64,000 nt of DNA from assembly GCF_964204645.1 (NCBI RefSeq), contig NC_134033.1:10300655-10364654 (forward strand), given 5' to 3'. The DNA is from Tubulanus polymorphus. Its lineage: Eukaryota; Animalia; Nemertea. The position numbers were made by a program, and so were the translations under genes. The notes beneath the pieces were generated by a model that searched no databases, had not been told where the DNA came from, and saw only the letters and a list, made by a program, of their open reading frames with translations. Below, in pieces: positions 26,579 to 39,100 of the stretch. Position 1 is the first letter of the stretch. Each line of letters opens with the position of its first letter.

Positions 26579-27615
26579 ATAATAAGAATATGTGCAGTAA
26601 AATACTGTCGGGTACACGGTGTGTGACAACCTCGCGACAGAATGTCATTTAAATAATCAGTGATTCTAGGTTTTTCATGCATTTTTTTAATGAGATCAAT
26701 AATTCTAGGGATTTAATTCATTTTTTGAATGAGATCTGCAGACAAAACGCTTGGTGTTTCAAAGATGAATAGTAACAGTTCATAATTAAGAAGGGTAGAA
26801 TTTCATGTTTGAAGTTAAACTGCTGTCAGTTTAACTTCTAGAGACTAACCGATAGTCTTTGTGGTCCAATCAAAATCATAACATTTCGTAATTCTATGAA
26901 TTTGAACCAACGAAAGTGACAGTAAATCCAGCAACTGTGGAACTTAAAGTTTCATTACTAAATTGTAGTAAAATGATTTGAGTTTCGATTCAGTGTTGAT
27001 TCATTATTGATTATGTATTTGTAGTATTGTGAGCCATGTTTATACCATGTATATAGCATATTATTATAATATATTATTAATTGTATTATGAGCTTAATGT
27101 AAAAATAAAACTACTGTACACAAGTGAAATGAGCTCTGTTTCTTTTTTCCTCATTTTGTTTGATCTCTCTCAACTGATTAGTGTCAAACTAGTTCTCCTC
27201 AACCTACCATGAACTACTGGTAGTTGGCGAGATGGATTTAACCCAAAACCATGGCTCTAAACCCGGTTTTTTAGCCCTTCTCTAAATCCTTGAGGTTTTG
27301 AGTGACCTAATTCCTTATGTAGTTTATTTTAGCAAATTAATATTTGTATTTTTGGCACCTCGTGGAGCTCACCGCCAGTACGCTGGAGCGGCGTGTGAGC
27401 CTAAATTGAGCCTCTGCCAGGATTTGAAGACCGCGTCATCCATCTCATCGATTACAATCGGTGTGTTTGAAGTGACAATTTATTATCTACAATATTCATT
27501 ACGATATTATTTACACAAATGTAGTTTTTATACACAGATTTAAGCCTTTTGTCAGTTTAATATCGAAACAAATACTTGCGTTAATACTGAGACTAGGTGT
27601 GAAACTGGTTTAGGT

Positions 27616-30600
27616 TTAGTAGTTGTTTGAATAGGCATCGATCTCTTCTACTAGTGACTGTAGTAAATTACTCATAGATGGCGTTTCATCCAACATATCT
27701 ACAATACACACATATACACGTTATAAACTAACGAAAACGAAGGTGCACAGGTTAGACCGTGCCAACACATCACCAAGCGAAGCACTCGCATGGACACTGC
27801 AGGGCAGGCAGAATAGAGGCAGACCAAGAGAAACCAGGTGGCGCTCCATGATGAGAGAACTGCGAGAGAAGGGCCTCCTCACATGGGAGACAGCCAAGCC
27901 AGGAGAGCGGCCAACAGGCAAGAGTAAAGGACACTGGTGGAAGCCCTATGTGCTACCTAGGGCACAAAGGGTGCTAAGTAAAGATTATAAACCAACCGAG
28001 GAAAGGGTGTAACCAGGATCTTCGGAAGTAGGGGGGACTACGGTATTGAAGGGCACAAAGTAATCATGAAGGGCACCCCAGCGAAGTGAGAGAAGGACCC
28101 TCCCTCAGAAAATTTCCCAAAAATTTTGAGGGTACCCTCAAAAAATCGGTGACAGAGACAGAGTGAGATGTTACCTGATATGAGTGTTTCTGGTGGAATT
28201 CCACCTCCATGTTTTAAAATCTTTACACGATACCTCCTTCCCATCGTGCTGAAATTAAAACCGATCATTTTCAGCTGATCCAGCGCTATCTAATGTATAA
28301 TAATCTATGTACTACGGTATATCGATGTGAGTTACCTGTTAAATGGATCAGCCTGGAAGCATTTATACCAAATTCTCGACGCAATCGCTCGAGACATCAA
28401 ATACGAATAATAATAAGCCCCATAACCAATCAAATGAGAGAATCGATGAGACCACGCCTACAAATTTACATACATTAACACAAATCGCAGGTTGAATACG
28501 CAGTGAATTGATTATTTGACCGTTTTCACTAATACTTACAGTGTTTGTTACTGGTTTCAGATGATAATAATCACGTTGTATATCGTTATAGATATCAGCC
28601 GTCGTTCCCTGTAACGGATGTTTACCGTGAAGACGCTGGTCAAGAACCGAGTAACAAATCTGTAACTGTTTCTCCTAAATTCAATGATTTATAAAATACC
28701 ATAGAATTCATACAAAACACTGCACCCATTTCAACGGTTCATAATCGCGTTGTGGAACTGGATCCTGAACTGTGGAACTTCATCCTGAACTGCAGAACTG
28801 GATACAGAATTGTGGAACTGTATCCAGAATTGTGGAACTGGGCCCAGAATTGTGGAATTGACTCCAGAACTGTGGAACTGGATTCAGCACTGTGGAACTG
28901 GATACAGAACTTTGGAACTGCATACAGAACTATGGAACTGGGTCCAGGGATATGGCACTGGGTCCAGAACTGTGGAACTGAGTCCGGAACTGAATAACTG
29001 GATTCAAAACCGTGGAACTGAAGGCAGAACTGTGGACCGGGTCCAGGGATGTTTAACTGGATATAGAATGATACTTGATAAAAAACTGTGCAACTTAATA
29101 CAGAACTGTGGATGGCCCCTGAATTGTGGAACTGGGTGCTGAACTGTGGAACAGGTTGCTGAACCGTGGAACTAACCCACTTACCGATGCTGTAAACATG
29201 TTTTTAGCCATACACATATCTTCTAGTACGGTGTAGTTTAATTGTTCTCCAGTTTCGTAATGGCGAGCAAATGTGGATAAAACCTGTCAATAGAATCAAT
29301 CGAATGACTTCAAACGCAATGTACAATGCAATCAGAAGTGAACTTACTCACCCTCGGATCCGACGCGAAATACTCCATTAAAACGGAGGGAACTTCAGCG
29401 AAATCATGACAACAGCGAGTACCTGTAAATCAATCAACTAATTAGACACATTTCACTTATATACATACTTAAAGAGGGCGGGGTTGGTATTTTCACTGTT
29501 CTAGTGGAAACTGGTTATATCAGCTGGTATTCATGCTGTTCTAGGGGTAACCTGCAAGATCAGCTGGTATTCACATTGTTCTAGGGGTAACCCAGAAGAT
29601 CAGCTGGTATTCATGCTGTTCTAGGGGTAACCTGTAAGATCAGCAGCGGTATTCACACTGTTCTAGGGGTAACCAGTAAGATCAGCTAGTATTCACACTG
29701 TTCTAGGGGTTACCAGTAAGATCAGCTAGTATTCACACTGTTCTAGGGGTTACCAGTAAGATCAGCAGCGGTATTCACACTGTTCTAGGGGTAACCAGTA
29801 AGATCAGCTGGTATTCATACTGTTCTAGGGGTAACCAGTAAGATCAGCTGGTATTCATACTGTTCTAGGGGTAACCAGTAAGATCAGCAGCGGTATTCAC
29901 ACTGTTCTAGGGGTAACCAGTAAGATCAGCTGGTATTCACGCTGTTCTAGGGGTAACCAGTAAGATCAGCTGGTATTCACACTGTTCTAGGGGTAACCAG
30001 TAAGATCAGCTGGTATTCACACTGTTCTAGGGGTAACCAGTAAGATCAGCAGCGGTATTCACACTGTTCTAGGGGTAACCAGTAAGATCAGCTGGCATTC
30101 ACACTGTTCTAGGGGTAACCAGTAAGATCAGCTAGTATTCACACTGTTCTAGGGGAAACCTATAGGATCAGTTGGTATTCACACTTTTCTAGGGGTAACA
30201 CTTTTCTGGTATTTAGATCACATACCAGTGATATGTTGATATCTAGTTCTCCCTAACATGGAATGCATTGCGTGTCCGAATTCATGGAATAAATTCTCAA
30301 CCATTCCCGGCGTCAATAGAGATGGTCGATCACCGAACGGTTGAGGCAGGTTTAAACTCAACGTCACAATCGGGTTCTGATAACTTCCATCTCTCTTCAG
30401 ACGACCCCCGCGGATCGTAAAATGGCAATCCTAGAAAATAATGATCACAGTTAAACCACTGTTACATTGAGAAGGGAGGGCTTTAGCGGGCAGGGGAGGA
30501 AAGAGCTGTAGCAGAGAGGAGAGGGGAGAGCTGTAGAGGGGAAAAGAGAGGAGGGCTTTAGTGGGGACTAGAGGGGCTGTAGTGGGGAGGAAAAAGAAGG

Positions 30601-33600
30601 ACTGGAGCGGGTAGGAGAGGGGAGAGCTGAAGCAGGCAGCAGAGGGGAGGGTTGTAGCAGGGAGGACAGGGAGCGGGCTGTAGCAAGTAGGAGAGGGATT
30701 TAGCGAGTAGGAGAAGGCTGAAGCAGGGAGGAGAGGGAAGGGGGATGTTGCAGAAAAGAGAGGGAAGGGCTGTAGCAGGGAGGAGAGGGAAGGAGGTAGC
30801 GGGAAGGAAAGGGAAGGAGGAAGCAATTAGAAGAGGGGGAGGGCTTTAGCGGGTAGGAGAGGGATGGGCTGTAGCAAGGAGGAGAGGGGAGGAGAGGGAA
30901 GGAGGTAGCGGGGAGGAAAGGGAAGGAGGTAGCAAGTTACAGAGGGCGAGGGCTTTAGCGGGTAGGAGAGGTAAGGGCTGTAGCAGGGAGGAGAGGGAAG
31001 GAGATAGCAGGGAGGTGAGGGGCTGTAGCGGTGAGAGGGAAGGAGTATCACTTACCGATGGCAATTTTCCAGGTCTTTCATACAAGTCACAGTAAATATG
31101 ACCCAAACAACCTTCATTGTCATCAATAACAGCCTGAAATACACATAAAACAACAATAACTCTGTCACAATGATCTTGAATCCTTGACTGATTGAAACCG
31201 GTGAATCGTAGAGACCTGCGGTGACTTACGAGTTTAGAGACACTGTCGTGCCACACTTCTCCGCGTTCGACCGGTTCAAACTGCAGACGAATTCCGAACA
31301 ACGATTGAAACAAGTTGTTTAATCCGTCCATACAACTTCCTAGTGAGAAATACGGCGCGAGACTCATAGCGTCGATCTTACACCTGAAACAAAATAAAAA
31401 CATTACATCTACGACGTCATAGGGGGAATTAAGATGAGAAATACGACGCCAGACTCATAGCAACGACCTTACGTCTGAAAAAATGAAAACATCACATCTA
31501 TGACTCATTCACCTGATGAAGCTTCTATTCATTAGAAGCGAAAGCTCGTGCGTCAAATAAACAGTTAACCTATACAGTACTACTCGTCTCGTTACTTATT
31601 TTAAACCTGGTTAACACGGCTACTCTACGAATATTCTCATCTATGATGTCATAAGGGGATTATAATAAAGGAGCTACGCTATATATTCACCTGTTATGTC
31701 GCGCTAGACCGCTGTAATACGATACGTCCCACTGCATCAATTCACTACCTTTCATTTTACGCAGAATTTCGAAATCATTCAACGCACTGAAAATACAAAC
31801 AAGCCGACGAAATACAAACTGATCAAAAGGTACGAGCGAATATTTTGTATCGCATTCGATGATAACGTTTTCACCTTTTCTGTGTTTTTTCGGACAAAAC
31901 ATTTAGAAATTCCATCACTTTCTCTGAAAATAAATTTTCATACTTAGATGAATAAGTAAGCAGACATTATAACTGACCACGACTGAGCGCGGCTGCTGAG
32001 CTGCAGTACCTGGCGTTTGAGCGAGCATGTATTTCGTAGCTCGCTGACTGTACGTTCGGAATCCGGTTATTTCAGCCAGTTCATTTCTACGTTCGAGCAG
32101 TTCTAACAATATTTCCTCTTGATGTTGATCCGGGTGTAAAAATATCCGGTAAGCGGCTTCTCTGATCTGTGAAATAAATCACGCTAATTCTTTAACTGAC
32201 AAACCTGAACGTCTAAGCTCACAGCCCTTAAACCACACTGACTACTAACATGAAGATTCACAGCCCAGTAATATAAATTCACTGACCTTTTCGTTATGAT
32301 GATCGGAGTAAAGTCCAGTCACTCGAATGTTGTCTCCGTCCAGAGCAAAACTATAATTACACAAATAGACATTGCCGGAAAAAACGGAGTCTTATGCCAA
32401 ACTCAGGTCGAACAGATCGTCCGGTCGTAAGGAATCGGTGGTCAGTCGGCCGATATTCAGTAGGGGAATTTGTGCGTGTACAATAGCCACGATCTGACAA
32501 ACGAGTCTTGGATGAATCGGCCACTTGCGACCTGATTGGGAGAGGGAGAGTGTCTACTGTAGTATATGAACATAACTTACACATGTCGTAAATCTTTAGG
32601 TAAATTCGATTTCGGTAAAATCACTTGTTGTTGAGTTGATCTCATGTAAGAGTTTCCTAATTCATAAATAGCTGTGTTCAAATCGACGAACTTCTTACGC
32701 TGAAACATTTCATACACAAACATTGCGTCAATAAATAAACTCTTTCACAGTCGTAGTACCAATACTGGTACCGTAAACTGTGCGTAAGTCGGATTTTTTT
32801 GGCACCAAAAAAATCTTCTTCCGACTTAGAAATAGTCCGACTTCGAATAAGTCATATTTCCAGCCTTTCCCTGAAAACTACCAACTTTTACAGAATTATT
32901 TCTGTAAACGGAAAAATCAAATCAACATCTTCGGTACAAGAAATGATTTAAAAACAACACTGAAATAATTCAGGATTATTTTCCTATTCTAATACACCTA
33001 CGAGCAATTAGTTCAGATAATTGCTTGTAGAATACACTAACCATAACTACAATAATGACTGGTGACATAATAGATCATTGATTTTAAGCCAGGAATAGGG
33101 AAGAAATCAAACTGCAATTGGAAGGAAATAGCCCTTTGACTTTCGGTGGGCGATTTTTCTTATTTTTTTTATTCTTAGTCAGGAAACGTACTATGAGATA
33201 GATGAGTTTTTGACTTATATACGACTTTGGAATACAAATTTCATTGAAAGGGATATCTGACCATCAATATTCATCTGATATATATAAGTGATTAACCGAC
33301 TTTCACCGATCAGACTTACGCAAGGTTTACTGTACCTATCGGTCTATCAGTGTAAAGCATCTACGTAGGACAAGCTGCACAACCACTGGACTAGTTCTAT
33401 TGGTCTCACGGTTAGCACGCTTGCTTTCTACGAGACCCCCGTTCAATCCCAGTGAGTGCGCGTTATTTCGCTGTAACATCTCCTAACTGTAAATCACATC
33501 CAGTATTGTAACCAGTACTATTTTACTTTTTACATACTTTGGTTTCGTCTAAATGAATTCCACTTTTTTCAAAGTCGGCTATGAATAGATTCAGAACGTG

Positions 33601-35518
33601 TTGGTCGATGCCATCGGTCGGAAATTGGTCGCCGGTCTCAGCGACTCGTTTCAGAGCATCGTATAATTCAACATTCGTATTCAATCTGTGAAATAATCAA
33701 TACATTCACTGCATAAACACGGCTGCATCCATCCACTTATGACATCACTAATTATTAATATCCACCTATGACATCACTTATGAATGAGTATGAATAATGA
33801 GCATCTGGACAATTCCAGATATTAGAAAATAAACATAGACCTTTTTTGAGTGTTTTCATGTGATAGTATACTAATAACACTTTAGAATAAAGAGTAGACC
33901 CCCAATATAGGCTTAGAAAGCCATTGCGTGATCAATGAAGTTATTCCATTACTTTCATATGTAATTACCACTAGATTTTCAACACCAGTGGTCAGAGTCA
34001 ATTCGAGTTAACCCCCAGGTTAAAGCTACTAGTAACAGTATATAAAACTGGCCCCAGTGACCAAAAATGTATATAGAGGTATGTATGTTTGCTGCGACTT
34101 AATTTAATACGAACTGGAATTCACTAATGAACTTGACCAACGTAAAGTAAAACATTCCCTTAATTCAGAATATCGACAACTTAGTGGCTAAGTCCAATAT
34201 AATTCAGACGAAATAGAAAAAACATTTTCTAGGTAAAATAAACATCCAAAGGTCTCTAATCAGCTATGTTTGGTGTCATGATTTCAAATTTAACTTGCCA
34301 GAATAATTGATTTGAGTCTGGACCCAGTTCCACAGTTGTGAATTCGAGTAACTCTGAGTTAAAGTTTCATTTTCACTTAGTTAACTCAAAGTTAAATCTT
34401 AAGTCCAAACTGTGGAACTGGACCCTGGACTGTAATTCTGTTATCGTGGTATTGCCCGTTATTTCTCAAATTTCAAATGAGTGAAATGATGTCATTGGGG
34501 GATTTCTATGTTTGCCGGGGTTGAAAGCGACGAATACAAACTTTTCGACAAGTGAGCCGATAAATAGACAGGTATCTTCAGCAGCTGTGGAGTAGTGTTT
34601 ATCAGGATGTCCCATACGCATACAATCAGCCTGTAATTAACAATAACATGTAATAGCCTATACCCGAGTGTGGGTTCAGGGGGGAGGGGGTAGTCCAGTA
34701 CCTAGCCGTCGTTCTACAAACAACAGTTGACAGTTGTTAGAGGGAACCCGCAACAGCGACTGGTATTCAGACTGGGGGTGGGGGGGTGCAATACCAGGGT
34801 CCGATCTGAGGAATGAAAGCCACTTGCCCGGGGGGCAAGCATATCTGAAATTTCGCTTGCCCCTCCAAAAGCTATTTGCCCTACACAGGCAGTCCGATTG
34901 GTGGCACTATCATCGGTTGTATCGAGTGGGAAAAAAGCTTTGTGACATAGAATTGCACTAGCCTGGAAGACAAATGATAATGATAACCTACTTGCCCTGA
35001 TGAGAATATACTTGTTCCGGGCAATCAGACAAGTGCTTAGATCGGACCCTGAATACGGGGGAATAATTATACATACCATATCCGCCACTTTACATAAAGC
35101 ATCGGACAACTCATCAGCTATTTCAACCATCTTCCATTTCCTGTCGGATTGTGAGTCGCTGTTTACAGCTTGTTTCAGTAAATAATCTACGACTGCTTCG
35201 ACGTTATCTTTGAGTAAATAAAACCCGGTATAATCCTGCAATTCCGCGATCTTAAACAGACCCTGAAATGATAATAACAAATCGAGCATTTCAGCTAGGA
35301 AGGATTTCAAAGCTACTGACCCTTTTTACCCAACTCCTGAAACTCACCACGTTTCCTTTGGAAAGACTGACATTCAGTTTTTTATTAGGTCTTGCATTGT
35401 AAGCTGTGGCAAGCGGAGACCAGGTAGTTATAGATCTGTAGTTTCTGCTAGCAGCAGCAGCAGCGGCAGATGCGGCTCCGAACCTGATGTAGCGACCGTG
35501 CTGAACACATCTATACAT
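27616..35518 (-). CDS. MIPEP: Mitochondrial intermediate peptidase (M3 metallopeptidase), multi-exon
   Basis: Presequence-like N-terminus followed by WSPLATAYN and [24 protein letters not shown] (HExxH at 30272-30286). [36 protein letters not shown]. Last exon 27698-27616 ends [10 protein letters not shown]. Confidence 0.95.
27729..27984 (+). mobile_element. 5'-truncated RTE-clade LINE 3' end in the last MIPEP intron
   Basis: [27 protein letters not shown].. is a typical RTE C-terminus; TAAGTAAAG tail; TTATAAAC duplicated at 27721-27728 and 27985-27992. Confidence 0.75.
28752..29172. repeat. Minisatellite of ~21 bp GAACTGTGGAACTGG units (reverse of 2190-2712)
   Basis: Tandem repetition in a MIPEP intron. 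Confidence 0.9.
29518..30200. repeat. ~40-42 bp intronic minisatellite, ~16 units
   Basis: AAGATCAGCTGGTATTCACACTGTTCTAGGGGTAACCAGT. Confidence 0.95.
30470..31045. repeat. Purine-rich degenerate tandem repeat in a MIPEP intron
   Basis: GGGCTGTAGCAGGGAGGAGAG-type units. Confidence 0.8.
31501..31555 (+). ncRNA. Minimal type I hammerhead ribozyme
   Basis: CAC-CTGATGA-A-GCTTCTA-ttcat-TAGAAGC-GAA-AGCT-C-GTG: intact core, 7-bp stem II, palindromic AGCT stem III, stem I CAC/GTG (extendable with TGAC/GTCA); AATAAA directly after. Confidence 0.75.
31504..31637 (+). mobile_element. 134-bp Penelope-like solo-repeat insertion carrying the hammerhead
   Basis: Flanked by the 9-bp direct repeat CATCTATGA (31495-31503 and 31638-31646). 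Confidence 0.6.
34318..34428. mobile_element. Short MITE with CCAGTTCCACAGTT TIRs; related copies near 35740-35840 and 48960-49080
   Basis: GGACCCAGTTCCACAGTT...AACTGTGGAACTGGACC. Confidence 0.65.
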
Positions 35519-36197
35519 CGTCAAACCAACAACAAACAGGGCGGGCGACCAAAAAAAAATCGAAAAATCATGCCGAAAATGACCAGCTCGACGACCTTGA
35601 AATCGGTGACGACTGACAGTTCGGACTAATGGACCGGAATAAATTGCACATCGGACCTAGGGTTATTCATTAAATTTTTTTCGTAGGACGATTCCGATGG
35701 TGAATTTAAATCCTGATAATCAATAATTACTCAACAGCTGGGCCAGTTCCACAGTTGTGAGTTAGTTAAATTAACTCTGAGTTAAAATCAGTTCATTTTC
35801 AGTGAGTTAACTCAAGAGTCAAATCCTAACTCACAGTTGTGTGTACGAATGGGTGAACATGCAGGACCCTATAGTTACGCTAGAGTTACATCAAAACAGA
35901 CTCCGAATTAGTACAGTGCAAACACAAACCCATGAAAGATGAATCCAATATGCAAAAAAGCCTCTCTAAGCCTCTGTGATAAATAAACTGACCTCTAAAG
36001 ATACCATAAAGACTTACCACGACCTTAGAAAATGATGATGAAAAAACATCAAATTTGAAGAATAAAGGAACGTTTTATTGCAAATACAAACATTTTACGC
36101 AGTATATATAACAGTCTAACAATAAATGCAATTTCTGAAGAGCAGTGCCTGAACCAGACAGGCTAGTCACAGCGTTGAGGAGCCCTCCTTACTAGTC

Positions 36198-39100
36198 TCA
36201 GCGGCGTAAATTAGCAATATCATCTTTTTCGATACACGATTTACCTCTGAAGCAAAGACAAAATAAAGTTTTATCTCAGAAATAGTTTTATCTTAGAACA
36301 CGGTTTAATCCCTGTCACCTCCCTCCCTCGAGTCCTGTTTAACACTTACTCATCATTACGATTTATACGATAGAAATAATCGACGTAATCAGATGAACCC
36401 AACAATTCCACGAAATCCTCATCGTGAGTGATGACGACTAATTGAAACATCGTTCCCTGATCAAATCGCATCTTAATTATCCTGAAAAATAAACGTATTC
36501 AATAGATTATCACAATTAAAGCAGCAATGAATTCCAGTACAGCCGGCCGAGTGTGATCCTATTAACTCAACGGGTGATTTTGAAGTCGGTGATGGGTGTT
36601 AGTGTTTGCGTTAGTGATAATATCTACCCCTTGACAACGGGTGTTGCGTTAACACTAACACTGATGTTCCTTTTAACGCCGTTAAAAGCAAGGTATGACA
36701 AAAAATGTCCACTCGTCTTTGTGAGGATAGAAAGGAGGGGCACCTTGTAATCCATTCACGACCCTGTGGTTGTGAAACTCAACAGATATCTGTGTTGCCA
36801 TTGAGGTTCTAAAAATCTTAAGTGTTTCTCTGGTCACTGCGCGCTGCAGCTCAACGAACAAGATTTGGCCCTATTAGATTCAGAATACCAGCAACAACTT
36901 CTTGAATAGGAACAAACATCATTTTGATTCACCTTGCAAAATTATAGAAGAAAATGGCCGTTGACATTGTGTATCTTCTCGTCTCAACACTGCCTTGACA
37001 TTAAGGCCGGTGTTAGTGTAACACTAACGCTACTTAGAACACTAACACCGTAGATCACAGTAAAATTTTTTGTTAACACCAACACCGGGTGGGTAGTTGA
37101 TTTCTGATGTTAACTCGGTGGTTAATGTTAAGTTAGTGTTAATACCCAGTGTTAACAACTACTGTACTTTAAATTCATGCAACATATATCCGAGTGATTG
37201 ACCACATAACATACCACAACCACTCTCAAGTCAGGCGGATTTAGTCCTATAAGATCAGCCCAGAGCGGAATCCACAGTAGAGGTTGACTGGGAGAGTAAG
37301 GAGGGAGGTGTAAAGGGAGGTCGACTGTGAGAGTAAGGAGGGAGGTGTAAAGGGAGGTCGACTGTGAGAGTAAGGAGGGAGGTGTAAAGGGGGGTTGACT
37401 TGGAGAGTAAGGAGAGAGGTGTAAAGGGAGGTTGACTTACTCAACTAAAGCTGCAGCTAAACTCTCGATATTTTCCCTGTCCAGATTTGTAGTCGGTTCG
37501 TCTAATGCTAGAATAGCACAGTTAATACAAAATGTTTCAGCCAAAGCCATTCTGATTATCAGAGATGCCAAAACCTGAAAATAAACAAATAAATAACCAA
37601 TCTAGAACAACTTCTAGTCCTGCACCCCTCTACTCTGAAGAACAGATCAACGCATACCTTCTGTCCAGCACTGCAGCGCCCCCTCATATCAATCGCTTTA
37701 TCACCTTTCACCATGACAACTCGGTACGAATATGTTTTACGTGTTTTCATTTGACCCGATTCATCGCCGTCCGAGCGTATTTCAATCGTTTCTATATCTA
37801 CAAAACACAATGGCGCCATCTATTAGCGTTTCGAATGAACCGTGCTATGACTAGCAGATGGACGATATGCGAAACTAACCGTTTCCTTTGTAAGTACTGC
37901 GCCACAGATCACGAATAATTTTATTGATTTCATCCATTTTCAAGTTGTGATATTTCATGATCGATTGATCCAATGCGAAGTAATATTTCTCCAAATCGTG
38001 TTTCGCTAAATCGGTCGTCTGAAAAAATACAGCAATGCTGAACACCTCAGTAATGACAGGGAGTTAGAGCGGGGAGTAGGGGGAGTGAGAGAGGGGTTAT
38101 TCTCGATGATATACCTCTAAGTTTAGATAGAGAGGGGAGTGAGATGGAGGGAGTGAGATGGAGGGGAGAGGGAGATTAGGGAGTTAGAATATGGAGTAGG
38201 GGGAGTGAGGGGGGTTTTTCTCAACGATATTATCAGTCAGTTTACCGCCAGGGGAAGGGTGAGTAGGGAGAGAGTGAGAAGAGAGGGAGGGGAGTGAGAA
38301 GAAGGGGAGTGAGAGGAAGTGAGAGTAGGAAGGAGGGATTGACAGTAGGAAGGGAGAGAGGGGTGTGATTACCTTCTCTTCTATGATTTTTTCTATGTTT
38401 ACTGTCAGGGACAGGGAGTGAGAATAGGGAGAGGGCAGTAAAAGAAGTAAGGGGTGAGAATAGGGAGGGGAGTAGGAGAGGGGGAGTGAAAGGGAGAGGG
38501 ATGTGATTACCTTCTGCTCAATGATTTTATCTCTCAGTTTACTGTCAGCGTGTTTCAATTCATCTGATTCTAACTCCCTGCGTTTATCTCTGATCTGATC
38601 GACGTAACCCGACAGACGGCCGCTGATTGTGTTTTTCTACGAAAATAATTCAAACATTTTAAACGACCAGTTTACTACGTTAATTCTCGTCCGTATTAAA
38701 GTTCTTCACTACGATTACCTCTCGTTTATACTCTTCGATTCGTTTCTCTAAATCTCTTTGTTGTCGACTCAAATTCGCCGTATCGAAATCGCCGCGTTTT
38801 TCTTCCAATGATTTGATTTCGTTCCTCAGTTTCTCGATTTCTTGTTCTTTCTGGCGCAAACTCAAATTATCCGATAAATTCCTCTGAAGCATCTGCAATG
38901 ATAACACGACACCAGTTAGGGGTCGTGCATAAAGTACGTACGCTCGACTTTGGAGCATTTCTACCCCCCCTCCCGCACGCTCGCTGTACGTTTTTTCATA
39001 ACCCCCCATCAGAGCTCGGACGACGATGTACATATCGACGAAGTGAAAGACAGAGAGTGGGGAATTCCCAGGGGATCCAACAAATGAAGGGGATATTTGT

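Noticed and set aside
22098-30200. Regular ~40-bp arrays (22098-22648, 29518-30200) as possible CRISPR arrays
   Set aside because: No unique spacers, no cas genes, eukaryotic introns
33395-33470. tRNA-like segment GGTCTCACGGTTAGCACGC...GTTCAATCCC
   Set aside because: Too degenerate and incomplete; at most a SINE remnant
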